A DNA stretch of 64,000 nucleotides from an uncultured Desulfobulbaceae bacterium. Lineage in GTDB: Bacteria > Desulfobacterota > Desulfobulbia > Desulfobulbales > BM004. The notes beneath the pieces were generated by a model. The model had not been told where the DNA came from, searched no databases, and saw only the letters and a list, made by a program, of their open reading frames with translations. Each line of letters opens with the position of its first letter. The first letter of the stretch is position 1. Positions 15,511 to 25,785 of the stretch are shown here, in pieces. The stretch spans positions 41,236 through 105,235 of the forward strand of contig CAMYKS010000010.1 of NCBI GenBank assembly GCA_947259115.1. Reading direction: 5' to 3'. The position numbers and the translations under genes were made by a program.

Positions 15511-17370
15511 TTGCACAAAAACAACAATATGCCCTCCAGATCAAGGATCATAGCGTTTCATCTGCTTTCTTTCACCCTGCTTGCAGCTGCAATAGCACTT
15601 CTCTATAGCAATACTTACAGGGTGCCGTTTTTTTTCGACGATAAGCCCAATATAGTCCTGAATCCGTTTTTAAGAATTGATGATATATCCTGGGAGAGCC
15701 TCAAGAAAGCTGCCGTAATGAGCCCCAATAGAAACAGGTGGCTGCCCAACATATCCTTTGCCCTGAACCATTATTTTGACGCATATGATGTCTGGGGATA
15801 CCACCTGATCAACACCCTCATCCACATTGCAACGGCTTTCACCCTGTACCTCCTGGGGCGGCTCACCCTGACTCTGCCTTCCATGGCTGGACGCTACAAA
15901 CACGCTGCAGAAATTGCCTTTACGGCAGCACTGGTCTGGGCAGTTCACCCCCTGCAAACCAATGGGGTAACCTACATCGTCCAGCGCATGACTTCAATGG
16001 GTGCTCTCTTCTATCTTCTGGCACTGTACTGTTACGTCAAAGCCAGGCTCCTGCACGCAAGCGGAGCTAAACTTTTTTTCTTCGGCCTGACCGTGCTGCT
16101 GACCGTCATGGCCCTTTTGAGCAAGGAAAACAGCGGCATGCTGCCAATGATAATTATCGCTTATGAACTGCTATTATTACGTCAGCCGGACACCGGTCTT
16201 TTCAGGCAGAAGAAAGTGGTTCTGGCGACCTTTGGGGCTTTTCTTCTTTTCATTTTTTTCTGCTGGTATTTTCTCGGCAGTAATCCCTTTACCAGCATCC
16301 TCGGCGGTTATGAACACAGAGAGTTCACCCTAGGCCAACGCCTGCTTTCCCAGGCCAGGATCGTTATACACTATCTTTCACTCATGGTTCTGCCGGTGCC
16401 GGACAGGCTCAACCTCATGTACGAGTATCGGGTGTCCACCGGCCTGCTGGCCCCCCCCCAGACACTTCTGGCACTCGGCGTTCTGGCCGGACTTGCTTTT
16501 CTGGTCTTCCGGATGTGCAAGCGGGACAGTCTCTTTGCCTTTGGCATTTCCTGGCTACTGATCAATCTGATCGTGGAATCTTCATTTATTCCATTGGAGC
16601 TCATTTTTGAACACCGCATGTATCTGCCCTCCATGTTTCTCATTCTTGCCATGGTTGCCTGGTGCTATAAACTGGCAGCGCCCAGGCCTGTCCTGGCCAG
16701 GGTGTCCATACTGCTGGTAGTTGCCCTGCTTTCGTCCGCCACCTGGCAGAGAAACATCGTATGGGATAATAGGATCAGCTTCTGGTCAGATGTTACAAGT
16801 AAATCCCCTGATTCCATGCGAGGCTGGGCAAATCTTGGGAATGCATACAGCGAGGCCCGGAAATATAAAACCGCAGAGCAATATCTGCTCAAAGCCATTG
16901 CCTTGGAAAAATACGATCAAAGTGGAAATTTCGGCAGGGCTGCCAAGAGAAATTACGCTGCCAATATCCATGACAATCTTGCCTTGGTGTATCGGGAACT
17001 CGGCCAATATCAAAAGGCATTAGATCACGCCAATACCTCCCTCGCCCTCAATCCTTCACGCCCGGAACCCCTTGTAACCATTGGCATAGTCTATGCCAAA
17101 ACCGATCAGCATGCAAAGGCATACGAGTATTTCATGCTGGCATGGTCAAAAGGCATTGAAAGTGTAGACCTGTACAATAACTGGGCGGTGAGTTCTTTCA
17201 ATATTGGGCAGGTGGACGAAGCAATCGATCTGCTTTATAAAGCCCTGAAAATTAATCCAGACCATCCTGAAAGTCATTATAACCTGGGTATTGCTTACAG
17301 CAGTAAAGGCATGCTTGAGGAGGCACAGCGGGAGATGCTGCGTGCCATGCAGCTTAGGCAGAAACAATAA
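15511..17370 (+). CDS. TMTC/PMT-like GT-C membrane protein with C-terminal TPR array, tandem paralog
   Basis: 619 aa with the same motifs as its neighbour (VPFFFDDKPNIV, VHPLQTNGVTYIVQRMTSM, FEHRMYLPSMF). The track start at 15511 is TTG; an ATG at 15529 is an alternative start. Confidence 0.6.
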   Translation: MHKNNNMPSRSRIIAFHLLSFTLLAAAIALLYSNTYRVPFFFDDKPNIVLNPFLRIDDISWESLKKAAVMSPNRNRWLPNISFALNHYFDAYDVWGYHLINTLIHIATAFTLYLLGRLTLTLPSMAGRYKHAAEIAFTAALVWAVHPLQTNGVTYIVQRMTSMGALFYLLALYCYVKARLLHASGAKLFFFGLTVLLTVMALLSKENSGMLPMIIIAYELLLLRQPDTGLFRQKKVVLATFGAFLLFIFFCWYFLGSNPFTSILGGYEHREFTLGQRLLSQARIVIHYLSLMVLPVPDRLNLMYEYRVSTGLLAPPQTLLALGVLAGLAFLVFRMCKRDSLFAFGISWLLINLIVESSFIPLELIFEHRMYLPSMFLILAMVAWCYKLAAPRPVLARVSILLVVALLSSATWQRNIVWDNRISFWSDVTSKSPDSMRGWANLGNAYSEARKYKTAEQYLLKAIALEKYDQSGNFGRAAKRNYAANIHDNLALVYRELGQYQKALDHANTSLALNPSRPEPLVTIGIVYAKTDQHAKAYEYFMLAWSKGIESVDLYNNWAVSSFNIGQVDEAIDLLYKALKINPDHPESHYNLGIAYSSKGMLEEAQREMLRAMQLRQKQ

Positions 17371-17397
17371 GCCTTTCGGCCTGAACTGCGCATGGTA

Positions 17398-19503
17398 TTA
17401 GCGGTATGCTGTTTTCTTTTGGAGCACCTCTATAAAATCGACCATTATTTCCCCTGACTCAATGACAACCGGGTCTTTTGTGTCCACTTTAGAATTGTGG
17501 GGAACCCTGGGCTCTTCCTCTTTCAAATCAGAAATTTTTTGCAGGGGCGGCTCGCCCTTGCTTAAGCGAAGAGAGTTTTCCAACTCCAGGCGCCATGCAT
17601 CCGCCTCTTCACGCTCTTTCTTTCTTGTCTCCTCCGAGAGAGAAATATTCTTTTTATTCTTCATGCTTTCATTGCGCCGGCGTCTGTCCAGGACATACTG
17701 ATAGTCCTGGCTCATCCTGTTCCTGGTAGTATGCTGATTCTCAAGCATTGGCACGATATCCTCCATTTTATAATATATCTGATAGGGAATGGAGTTTATT
17801 TTATCCCAGGAAAGCGCCTCAGACAGGGAGCTTTCTCCGATGTCGTCAAAGCTGTAGAGGCTCGGGTAGTAGAGATCAGGCACCACACCCTTATGCTGCG
17901 TGCTTTTGCCTGAAATACGATAATATTTTGCCGTGGTCGCCTTCAGTTGTCCCTTTGAGAGGGGCAGCAGGGACTGAACCGTGCCCTTGCCGAATGTCTG
18001 CTCACCAAGAACAATACCCCGGTTGTAATCCTGAATGGCCCCGGCAAAAATCTCTGAAGCTGAAGCGCTCATGCGATTCACTATTACCAGGAGCGGGCCG
18101 GCATAAACTATTTGAGGATCATGATCCCTGATAATATCAATGCGTCCGTTTGCATTCCTGACCTGAACCGTGGGGCCTAAACCAATAAAAAGTCCCGAGA
18201 GGCTGTTTGCCTCCTGCAGAGAGCCGCCACCGTTATCCCGCAGATCTATAATTATGCCCTCAACCCCTTCCTGCTTTAATTCCAACAGCAAACGTTGAAC
18301 ATCCTTGGTTGTGCTTTTATAATTCGGATTGCCAGCATGCATACCCTTGAAATCAGCATAAAATGTCGGGATATCAATAATCCCTATTTTGTGGGTCTTG
18401 GCATTGCGCTTCACTTCAATGACCTGTTTCTGGGCCGCCTGTTCCTCCAGCTTTACCTTGTCGCGCACAATGCTGATAGTTTTGGTCTGGTGATCGTCCT
18501 CGGCATCCACCGGAATAATCTCAAGCCGCACCAGGCTGCCCTTTGGACCGCGGATATTGTTGACCACCTCATCAAGCCGCCAGCCCACAATATCAAGCAT
18601 TTCTCCGGCACTGCCCTGGGCAACGCCCACAATACGGTCGGCAGCCTTAAGCAGTTTTGAGCGTTCTGCCGGACCCCCGGGTATCAAGCGCACAACCTTG
18701 GTGTATTCATCCTCACTTTGCAGGACAGCACCTATGCCTTCAAGGGACAGGCTCATGTTAATATTGAAATTTTCAGTGCGGTGTGGTGAAAAATACTGGG
18801 TATGGGGGTCTGTGGAAAGGGCCAGAGCGTTTATATAAAACTCAAATGCATCATCGCTGCTGTTCTGCTGTATACGTTTGAGCTGATTCCGATAGCGCTT
18901 CAGCAGTATTTCCTGTATTTCATCGAGACTTTTGTCTGCCAGTTTCAGACTGATCACATTGCCTTTTAAACGCTTGCGCCACAATTCCTCCATGGAGACC
19001 TCAGTCTCGGGCCAGGGAATGTCTTTGCGGTCAACCCGCAATGTTTCCTCGACATCAAATTTCATATCTCCAAGCCCCTGCTCGAGCCTGTCAATCAGAA
19101 AGGTAAGCCGTTCCACCACCCGCTGCTGATATTTGTTGAAAATCTCATAAGCGGGTTCCAGGTCGCCCTTATTCAGGGCATCATCGAGCTTGAAGCGATA
19201 TTTAATTTCAAATTCCTTTATGTCATTGCCATAGAAATAACTGTGGCTCGGGTCCAGTTCGTCAAGGTAGCGATACAGGATTGTCGAAGACATCTGGTCG
19301 TTAATATCAATTTTCAGATAATGCCGGTGTTTCAAATGCTCGACAATGGCATCGTTTATCTTTTTATGCTCCTTTGAGGGGGTCAGAACTGAATTTGCCG
19401 GTTCCGCCGTCTTGGACATTGCCTGACCGGAGACCGCAACCGGCAGACTCCAAATTAAACAGCAGGTGATCGCAAGAAGTGTTACATTATTAAATATTTT
19501 CAT
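17398..19503 (-). CDS. prc: carboxy-terminal processing (tail-specific) protease, S41 family
   Basis: 701 aa with a signal peptide, a PDZ region (LSLEGIGAVLQ) and the S41 catalytic region (NRMSASASEIFAGAIQDYNRGIVLGEQTFGKGTVQ). Confidence 0.85.
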   Translation of the reverse strand: MKIFNNVTLLAITCCLIWSLPVAVSGQAMSKTAEPANSVLTPSKEHKKINDAIVEHLKHRHYLKIDINDQMSSTILYRYLDELDPSHSYFYGNDIKEFEIKYRFKLDDALNKGDLEPAYEIFNKYQQRVVERLTFLIDRLEQGLGDMKFDVEETLRVDRKDIPWPETEVSMEELWRKRLKGNVISLKLADKSLDEIQEILLKRYRNQLKRIQQNSSDDAFEFYINALALSTDPHTQYFSPHRTENFNINMSLSLEGIGAVLQSEDEYTKVVRLIPGGPAERSKLLKAADRIVGVAQGSAGEMLDIVGWRLDEVVNNIRGPKGSLVRLEIIPVDAEDDHQTKTISIVRDKVKLEEQAAQKQVIEVKRNAKTHKIGIIDIPTFYADFKGMHAGNPNYKSTTKDVQRLLLELKQEGVEGIIIDLRDNGGGSLQEANSLSGLFIGLGPTVQVRNANGRIDIIRDHDPQIVYAGPLLVIVNRMSASASEIFAGAIQDYNRGIVLGEQTFGKGTVQSLLPLSKGQLKATTAKYYRISGKSTQHKGVVPDLYYPSLYSFDDIGESSLSEALSWDKINSIPYQIYYKMEDIVPMLENQHTTRNRMSQDYQYVLDRRRRNESMKNKKNISLSEETRKKEREEADAWRLELENSLRLSKGEPPLQKISDLKEEEPRVPHNSKVDTKDPVVIESGEIMVDFIEVLQKKTAYR

Positions 19504-20106
19504 AAAGCCACAATCCGGATTGGTTAATTAAAAGTAACAGCGATCTGCTTTCAGCATAGTCTCTCTGATGACCAAACCGCTTCATTTATTTAGTATCAGG
19601 GTAATTTTGAGTGCATGAGCATACTGCTGCATACAGCCATTTTTTATAGAATAATCACTGCAATTTTTACAGCAATCTTTCTTTTTACTCCAAATAAGAA
19701 AAAGAGTCAAAAAATCACTTATGCATCCACTTTTTTTTTGCCATTAGCCATGTTCCTTTTTTGGGCTTGCAGCTTCTATACTTCCTGGCGTATATAAGTT
19801 ACACCATGGTCAACTGCAATCAATAAAATAAATGGGTTCTTAATGATTCTCAGGTTATTCTATTTTTTTATCATGGTTACAAAACAATAAATACTGGACC
19901 GGAGTCTCCCTTTGGTCGTTTATGCCCTGAAAGGGTGTTTATGCCCTGTATTTAAGGGTGCTTACCTCCCACCTCCGCGAGGATGACAAACCCTACATCA
20001 CTGTCACTCCCGCACAGGTGGATGCCAATCGTCAGCTGCTGGGTAAGCTGACAATCCAGAATATTTAAACCTGAAAATAGTTTATAGCCACGTAAAGTAT
20101 TAAACT

Positions 20107-23100
20107 ATGAGCAAAAACACCTGTCCGTTTACCAGGCCAAATACTTTTGACCTTGTCCGCAGCCCCCTTGCAGGTTTCAACCTCATTGATGCAAGTGCAG
20201 GCACAGGCAAGACCTATACCATCTGCGCCCTGGTGCTGCGACTTCTTCTTGAAAAGGACCTGAGCATTGACCAGATACTGGTTGTCACGTATACGGAAGC
20301 AGCCACAGAGGACCTGCGCGACCGCATAAGACAAAAACTGCGCCAGGCCCTGCAGACTCTCAACACCCCCCCCAGTGATGATGAATTCCTGCACGAATAT
20401 TTAGCCAACATCAAAGATTACACCAGGGCAGCACTGCTTCTTACCGATGCGTTGCGAGGTTTCGACGAGGCTGCCATTTTTACCATACACGGTTTCTGCC
20501 AGCGGATGCTCCTGGAAAACAGCTTTGAAAGCAACACCCTTTTTGACACAGAACTCGTTACAGATGACTCCTATCTCATTAAGGAGATTATTGAAGACTA
20601 CTGGCGCCGTATTTTTTCTCAGAGCTCCGGTCTTTTCAACCAATACGCAGCCGATAAACTTTCCCCTGAGGCGCTGCATGCCTTTCTTGTCCCCTTCATA
20701 CCCCACCCCTTTTTGCAATTTATTCCAGCAGTTGAATGTATTGCAGGCGGCAGCCAACTTTCCGACATTGAAAATGAATATAGTGCAGCATACAAAAATG
20801 TATGCTGCGCCTGGACCGGGTCTCGCGATGAAGTTCTTGACGATCTCCTCCATTCAGCGGCGCTTAAACGCAATATTTACAAAAAGGCAGGCATGCCCGG
20901 CCTAATAAGTGCGATGGATGATATGGCCGCTGCCAACCATCCTTCCCCGCATCTTTTTGAAAACTTTATTCGATTCACTGCAGGCAGGATAACTGCCTCC
21001 ACAAAGACAAAAGAAACTCCGAATATTCTCCCTTTTTACCAATGCTGCGAAACTCTTATACAGGTCAGGAACAACCTTATCGTCCAATATGACCGGTGTC
21101 TGCTTGCTCTTAAAAAAAGCTTGCTCGATTCCTTCAGACATGAATTAAACCTGCGCAAGGCAAGGGATAATGTTTTTTCATTTGACGACCTGCTGCGCAG
21201 ACTCCATGAAGCTTTTTCCGGCCCGGAAGGTTCTTCATTTAAACGTGCGGTAGCCCGAAAATATCCTGCCGCCCTCATCGACGAATTCCAGGATACCGAC
21301 CCTCTGCAGTTTGAGATATTTAAAGCAATTCACAATGAACACTCCCTGCTTTTTCTCATAGGTGATCCCAAGCAGGCTATTTACAGCTTTCGCGGTGCGG
21401 ATATTTTCACCTATATGGATGCCGCTGCCGGCTCGCCTCTTGCCCATCATACCCTGGGGGTCAACCATCGTTCCACCCCGGCACTTATAAAAGCGGTCAA
21501 TGCTTTTTTCTGCAGGGCCCGAAACCCTTTTGTTTATAAGGCAATTTCTTTCCAGCCTGCGTCTGCTGCGCGGAAACAGGAGCGTGAATACCTCACCATT
21601 GACGGGCAGCAGAAAGAACCTTTCATTCTCTGGCTTCTTGATCGACAACCCGCATCAGGAGACAACGGCCTCTCAACGGGAAAAATTAATGCAAAAATAC
21701 CAAAATCCACAGCGCGCGGGCTCATCATATCACTGGTTACAAACGAAGTTTGCAGGTTGCTCAATCTTGCTGCAGAAAACAGGATACACATTAACGGCAA
21801 AAAGCTTTTACCCGGGGATATTGCCATCCTGGTCCGTAAAAATGTTGAAGCCAGGAAAATGCAGCAGGCTTTGACTGAATTTCAGGTCCCAAGTGTATTG
21901 CACAGCGGCGATGACTTATTTACCACAGAGGAAGCACATGAGATGTCGCTGCTGTTGGCTGCAATTGCAACACCAAATAATATTCGCAGAGTAAAAACAG
22001 GACTCCTTACCCGTTTTATCGGCTTGCAGGCAAACACTATAAACCTGCTTGGGGCAGATAGCCCTGAAAATGAAATAGTGATCAATTCATGGCTGGTAAA
22101 ATTCAGGTCATATCATGAATTATGGAACCGTTATGGTTTTATCCGGATGTTTTGGACCATTATGTGGGAAAACCAGGTACGTCAACGGCTGCTGGCTTCT
22201 GAAAACGGCGAACGCAGCCTGACCAACATTCTGCACCTGGCGGAAATCCTCCACCAGGAGTCTGTCAGCCAGGGCCTTAACTTGACAGCCCTTATGGGAT
22301 ATCTGCATGGACGTCTGGCAGGCGGCCAGACAAAAAACCTTGAACATCAGCTGCGCCTTGAAAGTGACGAAGACCGGGTAAAGATTGTAACAATCCATAA
22401 GGCAAAGGGACTTGAGTATCCTGTGCTTTTCTGCCCATTTGCCTGGGAAGGCACGAGGCTGCAAGCCAGAAAAGGGTGCCTTTTCCACCAGCAGAAGGAT
22501 GGCTGCAAAACAGAGCTTTTCTTTGACTCAGGTTCACCTGAACTGGATTCACATCTGCAGATAGCACTGCATGAGGAGATGGCGGAAAATCTCCGTTTGC
22601 TCTATGTGGCGCTCACCAGGGCTGTACATCGCTGCTATTTCGCCTGGGGCCCGATCAATGGTGCCGAAACTTCTGCACCTGCCTATCTCCTCCATCAAGG
22701 CTCCTCCGATACAGATGATCTTTCAAATCGAGATAAGTCACAAAATAACCTTATGCAAAAAACTGCCCACAGGTTTCTTGGTTTATCAGACCATGAAATC
22801 CATGCTGATCTTCAAAAATTGGCAGCTGCAGCAGAAGGGACAATCAAAATATCTAAAGGCGAAAACATGCCCGGGACCTATCCGCAGCGCCAAAAAGATA
22901 AAGCCGCTCCTCTCAGGCATTTGGAATTTACCGGTGCAATATCCCACGCCTGGAAAATAAGCAGCTTTTCCTCCCTGATTGCCGACAGAGCAGCGGTTAT
23001 GCCTTTCAAGCAGGGATTTGAAGATGAAGTATCGGACCGGGATGCAGGCACTGTTCTTCGCATAATGCCGGAAAAAGAAACATATCTGGGAGAAAACAAA

Positions 23101-23868
23101 TTTGATATCTTTTCCTTTCCCCATGGTGCACGGACGGGAACACTGTTGCATGAAATCCTGGAAAAGGCTGATTTTGGCACGGCTCCGCCCGTCTCTGAAC
23201 ATCTCATCTACGAAAAACTGCAGTATTTTAACTATGAAACTACCTGGTATCCGGTCATCGAGCAAATGCTGGACAACCTCTGCAATGTACAACTGCATAA
23301 GGGTATACCTGACCTGAAGCTGCACAACATACCCATTGCAAACTGTCTGCATGAACTGGAATTCTACTTTCCCTTATCCAGGTTAACCCCTGATGATCTT
23401 AGGCGCATTTTCAGTTCCGAAGGAATGCCTGGCTCTGCTGTTGAAGTCCCAGCGTTAATGGACCGGCAGCTTGACAGACTTACCTTTGCCCCTGCCAGGG
23501 GCTTTATGAGAGGATTTATAGATCTTGTCTTCGAGTTTCAGGGGAAGTTCTATCTTGTGGATTGGAAATCAAATTACCTTGGGTCAAACATTGAAGACTA
23601 CGGCCGGGATGCATTACAGCAATCAATCATTTCAGGATTATACTTTCTGCAGTACCATATTTACTCCCTGGCCCTGCACCTCTACCTGGAAAAACGTTTG
23701 CCTGATTACCGGTATGAGCACTGTTTCGGAGGGGTGTTTTATGTGTTTTTAAGAGGTGTTAAACAAAATCTTGGTCCGGATTACGGTATTTACCATGACC
23801 TTCCGGCTTTCTCAATAATTGAGAGGTTAAAGGCAAAATTAATCACAGGAAAACTATCTGAAACTTAA
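20107..23868 (+). CDS. recB: exodeoxyribonuclease V beta subunit (RecB)
   Basis: 1253 aa with the SF1 helicase Walker A (ASAGTGKTYT), a UvrD-like core, and the C-terminal PD-(D/E)xK nuclease motif (GFIDLVFEFQGKFYLVDWKSNYLG). Confidence 0.9.
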   Translation: MSKNTCPFTRPNTFDLVRSPLAGFNLIDASAGTGKTYTICALVLRLLLEKDLSIDQILVVTYTEAATEDLRDRIRQKLRQALQTLNTPPSDDEFLHEYLANIKDYTRAALLLTDALRGFDEAAIFTIHGFCQRMLLENSFESNTLFDTELVTDDSYLIKEIIEDYWRRIFSQSSGLFNQYAADKLSPEALHAFLVPFIPHPFLQFIPAVECIAGGSQLSDIENEYSAAYKNVCCAWTGSRDEVLDDLLHSAALKRNIYKKAGMPGLISAMDDMAAANHPSPHLFENFIRFTAGRITASTKTKETPNILPFYQCCETLIQVRNNLIVQYDRCLLALKKSLLDSFRHELNLRKARDNVFSFDDLLRRLHEAFSGPEGSSFKRAVARKYPAALIDEFQDTDPLQFEIFKAIHNEHSLLFLIGDPKQAIYSFRGADIFTYMDAAAGSPLAHHTLGVNHRSTPALIKAVNAFFCRARNPFVYKAISFQPASAARKQEREYLTIDGQQKEPFILWLLDRQPASGDNGLSTGKINAKIPKSTARGLIISLVTNEVCRLLNLAAENRIHINGKKLLPGDIAILVRKNVEARKMQQALTEFQVPSVLHSGDDLFTTEEAHEMSLLLAAIATPNNIRRVKTGLLTRFIGLQANTINLLGADSPENEIVINSWLVKFRSYHELWNRYGFIRMFWTIMWENQVRQRLLASENGERSLTNILHLAEILHQESVSQGLNLTALMGYLHGRLAGGQTKNLEHQLRLESDEDRVKIVTIHKAKGLEYPVLFCPFAWEGTRLQARKGCLFHQQKDGCKTELFFDSGSPELDSHLQIALHEEMAENLRLLYVALTRAVHRCYFAWGPINGAETSAPAYLLHQGSSDTDDLSNRDKSQNNLMQKTAHRFLGLSDHEIHADLQKLAAAAEGTIKISKGENMPGTYPQRQKDKAAPLRHLEFTGAISHAWKISSFSSLIADRAAVMPFKQGFEDEVSDRDAGTVLRIMPEKETYLGENKFDIFSFPHGARTGTLLHEILEKADFGTAPPVSEHLIYEKLQYFNYETTWYPVIEQMLDNLCNVQLHKGIPDLKLHNIPIANCLHELEFYFPLSRLTPDDLRRIFSSEGMPGSAVEVPALMDRQLDRLTFAPARGFMRGFIDLVFEFQGKFYLVDWKSNYLGSNIEDYGRDALQQSIISGLYFLQYHIYSLALHLYLEKRLPDYRYEHCFGGVFYVFLRGVKQNLGPDYGIYHDLPAFSIIERLKAKLITGKLSET

Positions 23869-23880
23869 AATATTGCAGGT

Positions 23881-25785
23881 ATGATACTTGTGCGTCCTAC
23901 ACTTCATGAACCCATGAATATTCTTTCCGACTCAACATTATTTTCACCCCTTGACAGACACTTTGCCATGTTGATCGGCAGACTGGCAAAAAAACACTAC
24001 CCTGAAGCAGCACTGGCTGCCGCTCTGGCCAGCCGTACGACTCGGGAAGGCAATATCTGCCTCGACCTGGAAGAATATGCCGGCAAACCACTGCATCCGG
24101 ACTCTCCGAGAACAGGCATCAATGCATTTATCTGCCCCTCCCCGCATGACTGGACAGTACAGCTTATGCAGAGCGGGGTTGTCAGTCAAGATGAAGGAAA
24201 TACTCCTCTTGTGCTTGATGGAAAGGGCAGGCTCTACCTGAGGCGCTACTGGGAATATGAAAACACTGTTACCCGGTTTATATTACAGCGGGCAGATTCG
24301 GTTTATGCAAACCTCAATTACGCAAAACTTGACGAAGATCTGAAAAAACTGTTCCCGCCATTTCCTGCCGCCGGGATAGACTGGCAGCAGATTGCTGCCA
24401 TCGCTGCTGTCATCCGGTCTTTCTGTGTCATCAGCGGTGGCCCTGGAACAGGAAAAACCTCAACCGTGGCCAGGATTCTTGCACTTTTAAGCGGTCAGCA
24501 TAACAACACCAGGCAACTGCGCATTCTGCTGGGAGCCCCCACGGGCAAGGCTGCTTCCCGGCTGCAGCAGTCAATAGATGAAACCGGCTTACTGCAAACC
24601 AGTGCAGAACATCTGCAGGCAACAACCCTGCACCGGATGCTCGGCCATGTCCCTAATTCACCGTATTTCAGGCATAATGCAGAAAATCCCCTTACTGCTG
24701 ATATCATTGTCATAGATGAAGCTTCCATGGTTGACCTGCCGCTGCTGGCAAAGCTCATGGGGGCAGTCCCGACTGCAGCACGGCTTATTCTTCTGGGCGA
24801 CAGGCATCAGTTGGCCTCGGTGCAGCCGGGATCGGTACTTGGTGACATTTGCCATGCACTGAGCATGGCAACTTTTTCAACAGAATTCTGCCGCTTCATA
24901 TCAGAATATACCGACTATTCCATTGCACCTGCACCTCAGCCATGGACACAAACTGCGCCATTCTCCCTGCAGGACTCCTTTGTAGAACTTAAGCAGAGCT
25001 ACAGGTTTGACCCTGGCAGTGAAATTGCCAGGCTCGGCACGGCCGTTAAAGAGGGGGATGGAGCCGGAGCTCTTGACCTTCTACTTGGAGCACAGGATGG
25101 TTCGTTAACCTGGTCTGACGTTCCTGCTTCTGCTGAAATCGGGAAAAAACTGCAGGATTGTCCGGATATTGCCCACTTTACCGCACTGCAACAAATACAG
25201 GGACCAGATTCCTGTTTCACCCATTTAGAGAGTTTCCGTATACTCTGCGCCCTGCGCAGCGGACCTTTCGGCATGGAAAGAGTAAATATGCTTTTGGAGC
25301 AGTTTATCGCGCAACAGATGCAGGATGATTCTCGTAACCATCCTGCCGAACAGTCTGCAGGAATAAAAACTGATCTGCCATTCCGCCCGGTGATGGTGAC
25401 TCGGAACGATTACAACCTGCAGTTGTACAATGGTGATGTCGGCATAATCATGCCGGACCCGAAAAAGCAGCGCTCATTACGTGTTTTTTTCAGGGGAGAA
25501 GCAGGACTATTGCGTAATATTGCTCCAACCCTGCTCCCGGGCCATGAAACAGTTTTTGCCATGACGGTGCACAAGAGCCAGGGGTCTGAGTTTAACAGGG
25601 TACTCCTCATCCTGCCGGACCGTGACTCTCCCCTCCTGACCAGGGAACTGCTCTACACGGCCATTACAAGAGCCAGAGAAAAGGTTGAGATATGGGGCAG
25701 AAAGGAGATATTCGTTGCTGCAGTAAAACGCCAAATCAACAGAACATCAGGACTGCCGGAAGCTCTCTGGGGTGGAGGCAAATAA
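23881..25785 (+). CDS. recD: exodeoxyribonuclease V alpha subunit (RecD)
   Basis: 634 aa with Walker A (ISGGPGTGKTST), IVIDEASMV, and TVHKSQGSEF near the C-terminus. It starts 12 nt after the recB stop. Confidence 0.9.
   Translation: MILVRPTLHEPMNILSDSTLFSPLDRHFAMLIGRLAKKHYPEAALAAALASRTTREGNICLDLEEYAGKPLHPDSPRTGINAFICPSPHDWTVQLMQSGVVSQDEGNTPLVLDGKGRLYLRRYWEYENTVTRFILQRADSVYANLNYAKLDEDLKKLFPPFPAAGIDWQQIAAIAAVIRSFCVISGGPGTGKTSTVARILALLSGQHNNTRQLRILLGAPTGKAASRLQQSIDETGLLQTSAEHLQATTLHRMLGHVPNSPYFRHNAENPLTADIIVIDEASMVDLPLLAKLMGAVPTAARLILLGDRHQLASVQPGSVLGDICHALSMATFSTEFCRFISEYTDYSIAPAPQPWTQTAPFSLQDSFVELKQSYRFDPGSEIARLGTAVKEGDGAGALDLLLGAQDGSLTWSDVPASAEIGKKLQDCPDIAHFTALQQIQGPDSCFTHLESFRILCALRSGPFGMERVNMLLEQFIAQQMQDDSRNHPAEQSAGIKTDLPFRPVMVTRNDYNLQLYNGDVGIIMPDPKKQRSLRVFFRGEAGLLRNIAPTLLPGHETVFAMTVHKSQGSEFNRVLLILPDRDSPLLTRELLYTAITRAREKVEIWGRKEIFVAAVKRQINRTSGLPEALWGGGK

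Noticed and set aside
19615-19797. A 60-aa hydrophobic ORF in the prc-recB intergenic region.
   Set aside because: The sequence is AT-rich, the translation is dominated by F/I/L/T, and there is no SD. It is most likely non-coding.
19958-20068. A short open frame ending ..DDKPYITVTPAQVDANRQLLGKLTIQNI just upstream of recB, possibly a gene remnant.
   Set aside because: It offers at most 36 codons from a GTG, has stops immediately upstream, and I recognise no family. I cannot distinguish a relic from chance.
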